A stretch of DNA of 58,898 bases, the filler included, from Sphacelaria rigidula (Eukaryota), in the NCBI GenBank assembly GCA_964200075.2. It is 4 parts of 4 records of this genome, joined end to end, with 100 filler letters (N's around TTAATTAATTAA, not from the genome) between each part and the next. Parts side by side here need not be neighbours in the genome. Positions count along the whole stretch, not along the records: positions 1 to 14,651 come from CAXNAA020002124.1; 3 more parts are not named here. One strand, 5' to 3'. The stretch's first letter is position 1. Every line of letters begins with the position of its first letter. Of this stretch, positions 1-12,005 are shown one piece after another. The notes below the pieces were generated by a model. That model made no database searches. It saw only the letters and a list, made by a program, of their open reading frames with translations, and was not told where the DNA came from. Position numbers and translations under genes: made by a program.

Positions 1-165
1 GAGCGGATATCCGCCAACGAAAATGTTACGGTGCGGAGCGGATTTTCCGAATATGGTCCGGAGCGAATATCCGCCCCCTACAAACGCCACGGAGCGGCGC
101 GGATTGACAAACCGCTCCGTAATAATCCGCTCCGCGGATGTATTCTTAATCCGTGCACATCCCTG
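1..165. mobile_element. Right end of a probable hAT-type non-autonomous element (truncated by contig start)
   Basis: Clustered CGGAGCGGAT/ATCCGCTCCG motifs end in GTGCACATCCCTG, whose reverse complement CAGGGATGTGCAC resembles a hAT TIR start. The other end is not in the window. Confidence 0.4.
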
Positions 166-2624
166 CTATTTTCCTGCTGATCCTCGGAGGATAAGTGTTG
201 CGTGTTTGATGGCATGGCGTTGTGCGGTGGATTTTGTACGATCGTCGGTAGCGTTAATGCGAACTCGATTGAGAAAAGCGTTCAGGATTGCGGGCACGTC
301 TTCGCTCTGTTTTCCTTCTAGAATTAGCGTTGGCGGGAGATCTGACTGTTTTATCGAGAGTTTTTGAGTTCCGGTAGTGCTACTGTGGCTTGCTTGTGGC
401 GGAGTCAGCACTGGACCGGACATAATCTCTATGTTATGACTATCTTCCTGTGCGTTAGTGAGGCTTGTTGGCGGGTCTAATGTCAGGTACTAGAGTTCTC
501 TGTAAATTGGATTGGTGTAGTGTTAGGCAGTTCGACATTGGAATTATCGATTAATTCGTTGACACTGTCCGAGGGGTTAGTCACGGTGCTCTGTAGCATC
601 CTACTGTCACCTGAGTGTTCGATCTCTGGTGCTACAAGATTGCAAGAACGCGATTCCTGTGCGATCCGTTTGTCTTGAGGCACAGCGAATCCTAGCGCTT
701 GCATGACCCACGGGGCTGGCTCCGTCCCCTCGGCATCACTGTTCTCCAGCGCCCTATACGCTAGCTCAGCTGCGTGCTCTTTAATGATGGACAGTGGTGT
801 TGGGGTTGGCGTGGAAGTTGAGGATATGGTCGAGGAATCGCATAACACATCGTATCATTCCGTGGATGCTTCCACGGTTAGGATGACTCAGAGTTCATAC
901 GAGTTGACTCCTCATAAAATGACAAGATTCAACCTGTATAAATTGTTGGTCCCGCTGAGTCGAGGGTGGATAAGACATATCCAGCGCAAGCATCTTGCAC
1001 GCATTACAGCTGGGAGAAAAGTACGCGTAATTCAGGGCCCATGAAATGATCAGATTCAACCTGTACAAATTGCTGGTCCCGCATGAACCCAAAGGTGGGA
1101 AAAATATAAGGGCGCTCACCTCGAATGACTCGGTCAAGCAAGTTGTACATGACGTTCCCCCCTCATGATGGTAGGAAGTGCGTGGCATGTACAATCGATT
1201 CATTCAAATTGCAGTGCAGGGGGTGACCATGTGCCTACTATTTTTCCCGGTATTCACGGGAGGTAGGAAACAGGTACCTTTGACATGTACGGCACGACTC
1301 ACGAGCTGAAAAGCTGTATAAATTACAAATGATGTACGAATCGTATCATTTATTCGTTGGAAGGATGAAAATGAGTTGAATCACGATTTTAGTCGTCCTA
1401 ACCGTGGACACTTCGACGGATATCCATGCGCTGTTCGGAATCGTCGGAATCCTCGCTGTCGTCTTCTTCCTCGCGGCGGCTTGGTGGCGGGGTTGACACC
1501 GAAGCGTTAGCCGACGCGGGTGTAACTGACTGAGCTGCGTCTTTTAACTCTGAAGCTTTGCCGACGAGGCCGAGGTGGATGGGGCGACAGACTTGGGTGG
1601 ATGATCGATGGCTTGTGCGTTGTCCTTCGACTGAGTTGTGGCTGTACTGCGCGAGTTGATCCCGGCAGGATTTCCCCCTCGTTGGCCAGTTTTTCTGTGA
1701 AATGGTTTTTCTTCGTCATTGTGTAAAGCCAAGTTTTCTTTTACGATCTGACTTTCGTGAGTTCTTTTACTGGTGTCGCCAAATATGAGGAAGGTGTATC
1801 GCTAGGGTAGACAGAGACCTGTGGGTAAGTTTGTCGTTGGAGACGTCGTCCTCACGCCGAAGGAACTCCGAGGCTGGGCGATGGATTCCTCTTGTGTGGT
1901 GTAAGCAAGAAGGGGATCAGACTATAGAGGTGATCCACCGTGAGGTGGACCCTTTTCCTCGGGGGATGTTCGGCCGCTCTGATATCGGTCTCTTCCTGGC
2001 ATCACCCCGAGTTGTCTAGTATTGTTGGCTTTACAGGGTCCTGGTTTTCTGATCCTTTCGGACCGTTCTTACCCCGTTCCTGCATGCGCTGGTTCCTCAT
2101 ACATTTGTGGCATCAATCTCTGATGTATCGCTGCAAGGAGGTGTCTTCCACACATCAGGTTCACTTTTAATTGTGTCTGGTCGTATGTTGAACCTTTGAT
2201 GTGCCCCCTTGTCAACGGGCGATTCATGTTCCTTCTCGGGTCGAAGAAATAACTGTTTCTGCGAAAACTATTCCCATGAGTGGTTTTCATTCCCTCAAGT
2301 CGCTGATCAAAAGGCGGTTTTCGGGAACTTCCTTGAGGGGTGGTATCGCAGCGACCAGTCACAGGTCGTGCTGAGATTTTTTTCCGAGAAAGGCGATCAA
2401 TTCGTGTCGATAAGGTCGGGCCTTATACGCTCAAATCAGCGCCGCAGGAGCAGATATGATTTTTACCAGCATACCCTCTGCCTCCGTCACCCTCTGCACC
2501 TTCCCGAACGATCCCCGGCTGCCCTGGGTTTGGGGTGGCAAACATTTCTCTCGCTCTTGACCCAAATTGTAAGAAGCGCCACGAGTTTCTTCTAATTTAA
2601 ACGTCATTGCGCCGCGGTCTCAAC

Positions 2625-3002
2625 GTTTGTGTGTGTTGTGTGTGTTTTTTGACATCCCATCTATTCTAGACGCCAGTCTACACCTGTCGGTATATGTGGC
2701 CGCATCAGTTGGGGTCACAGGAGGAAGGCCAACACGGGAGCCTTTCCTTTTTTCTTTTGTTATAGTACTCCACATTCCTTCTGCAATGCTTGCCTTAATT
2801 CTTTATCGCGAGAGGGGTTCGGCAGTTCCTTTCCCTCGTCTACCGTGAAATCGTTTCTTTTGTGTACCCACGACATGGATGCTCTCCACTGTTGGCTAGG
2901 GTGTGAGAAAAAATCCCAGATCGTGTGACTGCACCAAGATTCGAACCACAACTCCCGTCAGAAGGTTTCGAGGTTACCAACTGAGCCACCGGGGCGACCG
3001 GC
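2625..3002 (-). mobile_element. tRNA-derived SINE, copy 1
   Basis: Minus-strand head GCCGGTCGCCCCGG, then Pol III A-box TGGCTCAGTTGG (2988-2977) and B-box GGTTCGAATC (2947-2938). The ~300-bp body is collinear with 32854-33222 and ends in a CA-rich tail. Confidence 0.8.
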
Positions 3003-3258
3003 ATAGAGTACGGCCCCAAATACTCCACTAAAAATTTGAGTAGATAAAGTACGACCTCCAAAACTCTACTTAAATATTGAGTAAGCACTCTCAGCAATAC
3101 TTAGATATAGAGTTTCATTTGGGTCTGGCGTTGATACTCTACTCAAATTTGGGTAGATTGAGTATGACCTCAATCACTCTACTCAAAATTGGAGTACCAA
3201 AAGTATAACTCTTCGAAAATACTGAGTATTGAGTGTACTCTACTCGACCTGCCCTTGC
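3003..3258. mobile_element. Right-end fragment of the hAT non-autonomous family (ACTC subfamily)
   Basis: TACTCTACTCAAA repeats and terminus TACTCTACTCGACCTGCCCTTG match the right end of 45140-46942. Confidence 0.75.
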
Positions 3259-6200
3259 AGAATTGCTCGCAGCTTTTTTCAAGATTAAAGCACCTATGTA
3301 TACACCATTTATGCATACACATACAACTCTACATCCATCCATAAATGTTTCCGAAGCGGTTTTTCACACCCTGATACCCAGCGTCTACAGTAGTGGGCGG
3401 TCTAACTATTCATTTTATGGCATTTTGTGATTTTCTCGCAATTGGCTACTTTCTTGGGCAGTTTTCGCTTGCCACCGCTCATCACATTGGGAATCTGAAG
3501 ATATTTGTATCCGCTCCATATAAAAAAAAAACATCTATACTTAATACCGAGTGACTTACGGGCTGACCGGTCATCGGGGGTCCTGCCACGTCTCAGCCCA
3601 GATTCTACTCTTTGGTACTTTCGGTCGATCGAGCCTGTCCCGATCATATCTGTCAAGGAATGTGCAGTTTTTTTTTTTTTTAATTTTACCTACTCATTGC
3701 ACTAGAGCCGAAAAACTGTGTTTCACGGTCAACAACACCCTCCTGATAAACGGAGTATTTACTCGTATCGCCCGATAGCACCAACTGACACTTGGACACT
3801 GTGTTTAGAGGATGATCTGTTCATTGTACCAAAATCTACCGACGCTAGCAATTTCAAGTTTTATCGAAGAGTAGTACGCGAGGAAAAACCCACACACCCC
3901 TCAATAGTTAGACCACCTACTACTGTAGATACTGAGAATACCGTAGATGCATCGTGGTATGGAATGGTATTTTTTGGTCGTCAAATACTCAGAGATGGGG
4001 TTGCCATCGACCGTGCTGTGGGAATATTTGTGCCTGGCCAGGGGCGGGCGAGGAGAAGGGACGTTCTTGTTTATTCCAGGTACTTCACATCGAATGCATG
4101 TAAACACCACAATTGAGCTATTTCCTATATTCTTTTTGTGTCGTGCCCTTCCGCGCATGCACCCATCCGACATTTTAAAAAATGAGCACAGGCTTTGCTG
4201 ACGGGAGACATGATTCTGGGCTGCGGCACCGCTATTTTCGAGGATTTCACAACGTATATGGCATCTCTGAAGCGAGTGCTTGGGATTAGCCAGAAAGAGA
4301 ATGGGAAATTCACCAGGTGCGTGGATGGGGTCACGCTGAAATATTAAACGTCTTGTTGCTGACATAAAGTAGACACAACTCGGGGGGTGTTTGAAAGCGA
4401 AATCCTGTCCTTCCGCTCCCCCTTGTCACGATATCGAGTGCCTGCTTGACGCGGCCAGTTGCAATGTGTTTGCCTTGTCGTGACGTTGTTGAACGACGCG
4501 TGGCACATTGTTCTGCACGTGGCTCCTCTCAAGGGAGCCTGGACTGGATGTCGCTTGGCATAACGTATATGAGGTTCAAGACATGCCGATGTTGGTCGAC
4601 TCTAGGTGCCCGCACGCATATGATGCAGTCGTATCTCTCGCCTTCTTTTCTGTGCAGAACAACGAATAGACAGCACGCAACTGCTGTTTTTTGCAGCAGT
4701 TAGTGTGTAAAGAAGAGAGGCGTTCTACGCATTGCGCACGCGCACATACGGAAAGAGTCTAATAAATATCTCTCCGTTATCGGTGTGTGTTTCCCGGGTA
4801 CAGACTCTACCCTGGCCACGGCCCCGTCGTGGACGCTGCGGAGGATAAAATTCGCTTTTACATACAGCACCGCCTGGAAAGGGAGGACCAAGTGTTGGAC
4901 ACGATGGCGAAGGCGAACGGTAGCACACTCAGCTCTCTGCAGGTAAACTGTCTCGTGTAGTAGGCAGAGCTCTGCGGGAAATCTGACACACAGATAATCA
5001 GAACCGAACGGGAGGCAGGGTCACTATCCACACACCCACTGTCCCAAATTACTCGATCGTCGCAAACATTTCAGTCTTGCCCTCGGCTTCCAGTTTACCG
5101 TGCCCCCGATCATGTTTTGATGTCGTCGCGAAATCGTTTCCGCCCAATGTTTTGCAGATAGCCTGTAAGGTGTACGGCTCTTTACCGCTTCCCATCCTCG
5201 TGTCCGCGCACTCCAACGTGACACACCACCTCTCCAAGCTCATACGCGAGGGAAGAGTGAAAGCGGGAGTGCTGCCTTCTTCCTTCCGTTTGGCAGGATC
5301 GGGTTCCGACCAACCTTGTATTCGCTCGTAGTACCGCAACAGGTTTTTTTTTCTGCCAGTGTTGAGTCACCGGACGGACCGAACAATAGCTACCGTCGCC
5401 GTTGTGGCGTTGCAAGGTTTGTTGTAATTAGTCGTTCGAGCTCGATTCTGGGTCGTAGAGTGGATGTGTAGGGGTTTCCACTATTTGTGTGATGCCCTCA
5501 TTTTGTACTCGACAGGCTCGTCACCGGTCGCGTTTTTGGCCTAACCTCGTGTTCGTGCAAGCGTGTTCTCCCTGCACGTTCCTTTTTTCATCGTAGTTGA
5601 GCGTGTGCTGGGTGTGGCGGGTGCGGTCAGTGGTGATGCTGACAAAATGACACACACGCCCTTCTCGCGAATGATGTGCTCATCGTTTCAAGTGTGTTCG
5701 GGTTCGCACATTACACGCAGTCCCCAAAATTCTTGCGTTAGATACGTGGAAGTGACGACAACGGTCTCGCTTTTGGGCCGCAAGATTGTGCACTTAAACC
5801 AGCGGACTGAAAAGCCTACTTTTGTGCACGAGGCTCCGCGAAATTCATCGTGTGAAACTCTGGAAGTGGCCTGCTGCCCCCAGCGCATGGTGCACGCCTC
5901 AAACCATTCTGGATCCAACTGTTCAACTCCTGGGCCAAGCAGAGCACGTGCGCCCTAAGTCCGACGTTCCGGGCCTCCCCCAATTCTTCCCTCATGCGTG
6001 CTGGGCGTATAATCTGACGATCGTTCCTCCACTATATGTTGGGGGGGAAATACCCAGCAATGGCGAGCATCACAAGCTAAAGTAGATTCGCTCAAAGTTT
6101 TTAGTAGAGGATATGACGACGATTATTGCTCTCGCCCGCGTATCATTGTCTTCATTTCCTTATCCTGCATGGATGGGCTCACTATAATACTGATAGTTGA

Positions 6201-7189
6201 AGCGTTTGGTGCCCGCCGCCTTCTGCCTCGAGACGCCGGCCTCTGCCAGTTCCGCTACTTCTTTAATTGAGCATTTAGTGTGGGCGTAGATGGGTCGCAG
6301 TAGGCTGGGAGGACGCTAGAAATCAAATGTTCGCGAGTTTTTTTCTGCTTAGTCAAATTGCAGCAGGTGAGAGTACACTGTTTGGCTGGCGAGACCGTGA
6401 GAATTGAGTCATTTCCCTTCCTACTTATTCAAAACGCACAAGTCAACCGAGGTCACCGTCTCTACCCCAAATCTCGTCGCTACGAGATTCCGCGCGGGCA
6501 CCAGGAACTTGTGAACGGGAAGCGCTCACCGCTGCGGTTCCACGTGCGTTGCTTGTCTGCATGTCACCTTATGATCGCCCTGATGAGTTGAATGTGGGAG
6601 GGAAACTAGGCGAACCTCAGGTACAAGATAATAAAACCATGCAACAACGCACGCACCGTCTACAGCATGCACACCCATCCCCAAGTACGCCACGCTGTTC
6701 AGCTGTCCATCGACAGCTGTGTTTTGACCACAAGTTTGTTCTGCTAATAGGCTTCCCGTCAGCTTGAGAGTCTAGTATTGATTGGGAGTGAGTTCTAAAA
6801 TTAGCTCGAACTTGACCAATTCCCACTGTGTGTGTCTGCGTTTTTGCCTGAAACATCGCTATAAACTTTGAAATAGTCTTGAACGATTTTCTCCCTCCAT
6901 TTGTAGCATCCATATCTATCTAACTGCCACGATTGAGGATGATCGGAGCTAAAACCCACATCACGGAAATATCACATTTTGGGGTATAACTCAATCCCAC
7001 ACAACCCGTTTTTGAATACTACGTTTTTTTCCTTTAGACTAGCGTGAATAGTGAATATATCCCCAAAAGCCGGTATAGATAGACTACTCTGCTTCGCATC
7101 GTGCCTCCAATGTTCCTATCCTTTCTTACATTGGAACGAAATGGAAAAGGGACAGGACAGACGCCTTCACAGTGCTGTTCCTTTTCGAT

Positions 7190-8050
7190 AATATGGAAGC
7201 TTTAATCACAGTGAGGTGTACCGCAGTTTCAATCATCTCGAGCTCAGACAGGAGGTCATCGTGGGAATAGGGTTTGGCACTGTTAGCTTCAACAGCTCGC
7301 TTCACGGGCGATGCCGCACATGGGAAAAAGCTGGATGACGCATGACATTCGCCACAGCACACGTTACAAGCGTTTCTTGCTAAATAGATTCATGTATCAA
7401 CAAGAACAGGGCAAGTTAGTGCAGATTTCTCTAGATACGGGTCCCACTCTGTGCGCATCGGTCTTGAAACACACATCCTCGTCTGCTGTACAAGAAACAT
7501 GCTGTTTGCTGCTATGGGTTCGACACTGCGTACCAACCGCGACGTTACACCTTCGATGGTAATACCCGCTCACTGCACAGCGGCAGGGTGCAGGGTGACA
7601 AAGCACACCACAGGACGCCACATCCTCAGCCTACCCCTGTGCTGCATTGATTTTGTGCTGTCCTACGCAGTTCGCCACATCATGCACGCAACCGCTTGTA
7701 TCTGCGGTCAACGTGGACGCGGGATAATATTTCGTAAAGCTCTTAGTGTTGTAGCTACAGCGTGCGTTTGCCCCAGGTTGCGCACGCAGGAGTGAAAGGC
7801 CGCCTCTGCTGCTGTCATGGCTGCCTGTATATTGGGCGAAAATAAAATTATTTGCAGGAAGAGCGATTATGTCCGAGCGTTCAAGATCAGCACCCTGCAA
7901 ACACTGAGGGTTCGTTCGAAATCAGCCGAAGAAGTAAAACATGGGACATGTCTTGTCTCACTGTACTGCATCACCAACACCCTCACTTCCGCTCTCATGT
8001 GCTGTAGCTATCACTGTTCTGGGGTGTGTTTAGACCTTGCGAAGACGGTT
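7190..8050 (+). pseudogene. Possible decayed armadillo/HEAT-repeat coding relic
   Basis: Fragments in several frames (VLKHTSSSAVQETCCLLLW; PQDATSSAYPCAALILC; TLRVRSKSAEEVKHGTCLVSL) resemble the H..s..vQ..aC.aL ARM pattern, with stops and frameshifts between them. Pattern recognition only. Confidence 0.25.
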
Positions 8051-8588
8051 TGGTCTCCGCTGAGATTGCTTGATGAGCTGTATTGTTGTGTTCGTCTCTC
8101 TGTAACCAAGCTGTAACATATATATAGTATCAGTCACGACGCTGTGATTTTGCAACAAGAGAAGCTGATGCATACTGTATACAGTTCATCTTCAGGCTCT
8201 AAAACTAGAAAACACAGCAGAACTACCGTGTTGTCTTGTGTTCACGGTCGTTCTCTGCTCTCCATATACCACTGCATAGCTGTCTTGTTTTCAGTGTAGT
8301 ACCCTGTACTCCATATAATGGGGTCATGGTTTGAGCAGTTTTTTTTCAAGTTCTCGTTGTTTTCTTTAAAGTATTCCGAAAAAACGAGAGTGTTTTCTGT
8401 CACAGAAATCTAATGCCGAATCTGGAATAGCCTGAGACAATAATCATTTTGAAAATTGGAATTGCTTCAAAATCAAAAGTTCAAATTTGATTCGTACCGA
8501 GGTAGTTCAGAAATTGCTTAAACAAAATTTCGTTGCGTTGCTCATAAAGCTGATCCCAAGCGGTCGATTCAACCCTTCTGCAACCGTT

Positions 8589-10283
8589 CATGGGCAGGTC
8601 GGGTAGGGTAAAACCAATACTTGGTATTTTCGTGACTTTCCAAATCTTATTACCCAAAAATTGGGTAGAGTACTTGAGGTCGTACCCAATCTACCCAAAA
8701 TATGGGTAACGTATTTGAGGTCATACCCATTCTACCCAATCTTTGGGTAGAGTATTGAGGTCATGCCCAAGGATACTCTATACTCGGGTATTCCTGAGAG
8801 TAGTTACACAGCACTTCGAAGCATTGGGTAGAGTATTTGAGGTCGTACTCAATCTACCCAATATACGGGTAGAGTAATGAGGTCATACTCAAGTAATTGA
8901 TACTCAATACCCAGGTATTGCTAAGAGTGCTTACCCAATATCGGGTAGAGTATTTGAGGTCGTACTCAATCTACCCAAAATTCGCGTCGATTGTTTGAGG
9001 TCGTACCCCGTCTACCCAAAGTTTGGGTAGAGTGTTTGAAGTCATACCCAATCTACCCCAAAATTGGGTTGATAGAGTAACTGAGGCCGGGCCCAATATA
9101 CCAAAATCTCGTGTATAACTTCAGTATTCAAGTTCGTCCCCAAGATACCCAAACCGCCTGTACAACACGGACCACCGGGGCCTATTTTGGGGGTCAGATC
9201 TATCACTCCTTACCCCGTCGCGCCTTTTTCTGTTGTTTCCCGTCGCGACTCTTGCGGTGTTACCACATCTTTTACCGTTTCCACCGCTGGGTCTCCCATA
9301 GAGGAGTCAGATGTGCGGCCCGTAGAGTCGCTCATTTTTACAATACCTACCCGACTACCCGTCTGCTTGATTACCCTATGATGATGAGTAGCGCTTTATA
9401 CTGAAGCTGATGTCGAAGAGGGTGCGAAGTATGAAATAACAAGCTATTATATAAAGTGAGGTTGTACGATGAAATGAGGTTCAAGCCCAAAACAGTGCTT
9501 TCCCCACACCTTCAGCAAGGGTGCCCAATGACTTTTTCGTCAGTCTAATGCCCGACGATCGCGTAGGTATTTTTTCAGCGCATTTTACCGACTCTGTGAG
9601 CTTACAGCGCTGACCGAAGCCGTCGTTTCCACTGACATCGCCCCCCCCCCCCTAAATAATCAGGAAAAAATCAACCATAGATCTCCGCCTAAAACTTTAG
9701 GTCGCCAGCCGTTCGCTCATACTCATTGTAGCCTATGACATGACGTCACTCATCCCATTGATGGCCACCGTTCGCCCATATTCGACATAGTCTTTGAAGT
9801 GACGTCACGAAGTCGCCAACGGTCATGGTTGATCATCATACCCAAGTTACCCCAATCCTGAGTCTTACTGAGACGACTTACCCAATATTGGGTAAAGTGT
9901 CTGATAACATACCCAATCTACACACAATTTGGGTAGAGTATTTGAGGTCATACTTAATCTATCCAAAGATAAGAGTACTGAGGTCATACCCAAGTGGTAA
10001 TCTATACTCAAGTATCACTGAGAGTGCTCACCCAATATTGGGTGGAGTACTTGAGGTCGTACCCAATCTACCCCAAAATTGGGTGGGGTATGAGAATCGT
10101 ACCCAATTTACCCAAAATTTGGGTAGAGTATTTGAGGTCGTACTCAATCTACCCAAGATTTGGGTAGGGTATTTGAGGCCGCACCCAATCTACCCAAGTC
10201 TTGGGTAGAGTAAATACCCGGGTATTTCACCCTAGTTCTTACCCTAGTATTCAAAAGTACGTACCCTACCCGACCTGCCCTTG
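8589..10283. mobile_element. hAT-type non-autonomous element, 1695 bp (ACCC subfamily)
   Basis: TIRs CATGGGCAGGTCGGGTAGGG / CCCTACCCGACCTGCCCTTG. Flanks CAACCGTT vs AAATCGTT match 6/8 (decayed TSD). Subterminal ~35-bp arrays; the core is homologous in reverse to that of 45140-46942. Confidence 0.8.
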
Positions 10284-10579
10284 AAATCGTTGATAGAAAA
10301 GCGACGATTTACAAACTCCCCTATGCGAGCTTTCGTCACCGGGAAACGTCACTTCGAGTTCGGTACACGAATCTGTCACAGTAGTATACTTTGACAGAGT
10401 GGTGCACCGTTTTGGTGGGCTCCGTCATCAACACTTGCTAAAAAAGAGCCATATCTTGCCCAAGAAAACGTCAACTGTAAATCGTCACTTTTCCATCAAC
10501 GGTTCCAAAAGGTTGAAGCTGAAACGCACAGGGAAAACGTCGGTAGCATACTTTAACCAAGCAAAATGGGGGTTCCGCG

Positions 10580-10837
10580 TACAGCTGTAAACTTATACTT
10601 CAACGTACAAACGGCCAATCGCTGACGCCGTTTTTTGGAGTTAGACCCTGAAATGTTGCATCCCCCTCTTGGAACCACGGATACCGGGCGAAAACAATAT
10701 TCGGAAGACCCATTCATACGGCCTTTCTAAATACCTCAAGAGCACCCGTATGCAAAATTTCCGGGTCTAACTCCAAAAGACGGCGTGGGCAATCGCCGGG
10801 GAGTAAATTGCGGTCGTTCACCCTGAACCAGCCTGTA
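10580..10837. mobile_element. Short MITE, possibly Tc1/mariner type (TA ends)
   Basis: TACAG...CCTGTA ends. Internal inverted pair CGCCGTTTTTTGGAGTTAGACCCTGAAATGTTGCAT (~10626-10661) / ATGCAAAATTTCCGGGTCTAACTCCAAAAGACGGCG (~10750-10785). Confidence 0.55.
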
Positions 10838-11867
10838 TAAGACCTGGAGGGGCATTTCGGAAGTCAGACTGTCTCAAGCACTAATCGACCATTTTTGGAA
10901 ATACAGAGCTCTACATTATTGCTGATTGACGAGGCCAACGCAAAACAACTTCATATTGGATTCATGTCAAGGCTATGAGCTGTCATTCGAGCCATCCGTC
11001 GCTTGGCTCGGCGGAGTATTCCCGAAGAAACACCAGTCGATGAATGGGTTAGCATTACCTGTTCTTTGTGCGGAAATAATAATGCTGAGGGCTCTCAGTC
11101 TTGATAAAACGCTAGACTTCAAACTGGCAAAAACCTCGTTCAATGTTGGCGCGATGGCGGTTCCTGTTCTGAATCGGTCATCTTTTTTCTGTTCTGATGA
11201 TGAGACGGCAATGGCACCAGTCGCGATCCATACACGGATATCAGTGACGCGCGGGATGTGCTTGGCAACGAACGACCTTCTTTATGTAGGCATTGCCTCT
11301 CACCTCAAATCCCTTATTCCGAACCCCCGAAAAGCGCCGTGGCACCCAACAGGTTGACTATGTTTGGTGTGGTCATGTCACGGATCGGTGCGAGGCGCTC
11401 GCCCTGTCTGAAGGCATTTGTTTTTTCTTCCTCCAATTTCTAGGAATATGCCGTGCTCCAGCTTCGAGCACCAGCACGAGGTTGGTCCTCCCGACTCACT
11501 TTTACGTCTGGTTCTGGTTCTGGTTCTGGTCTCCAGGTACGAAGCAAAGTCTGTACCAGCCATGTATACCATGACACAACGACCCTACAATCGGGAGACT
11601 TGTCTCATCCTGCTGCTATCATACCAGCACTGAGCATTAGCTGCCTGCAATCCTAGTGCGACTATGAGATCAACGACTTGCTCTGCATAAGTCAATCTGC
11701 TCCACAGGTATATTTCTAGAGCTTGTGTTACGAAGCACGGTATATGGAATCAGCCCTCTATGCACCCAAACAGCTACCACCTCGAAGCCTTAACAGTCCC
11801 CAAGTATATGCAGCAGATCCGTTTCAGTCACCATACTTGCGACACTGGATCCACCACACCTGCTTGC

Positions 11868-12005
11868 TTATTTGAAATTGGCATCTACCCTTACCCTACG
11901 TTTTACGGTCAGCAGCGCACCCTCCCGTGCCGTCTCACGTTCGCCCGCATCAATCGTTGAGTGTCGTCGAGGGGAAACGCCCCATTCCATGCCAAATGCG
12001 CCCAC
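11868..12005 (-). CDS. PqqB-like probable terminal exon
   Basis: CAG acceptor, then VGAFGMEW... to the stop of ORF 11868..12074. A possible GTAAGG donor near 11893 makes the true end uncertain. Confidence 0.6.
   Translation of the reverse strand: MGAFGMEWGVSPRRHSTIDAGERETAREGALLTVKRRVRVDANFK

Noticed and set aside
9825-10208. ORFs within the hAT arrays (also 45407..45652)
   Set aside because: Translations of tandem repeats with no transposase motifs.
10930-11640. Further 3' exons of the PqqB-like gene
   Set aside because: Minus-strand frames contain stops, and the MBL domain is already complete upstream.
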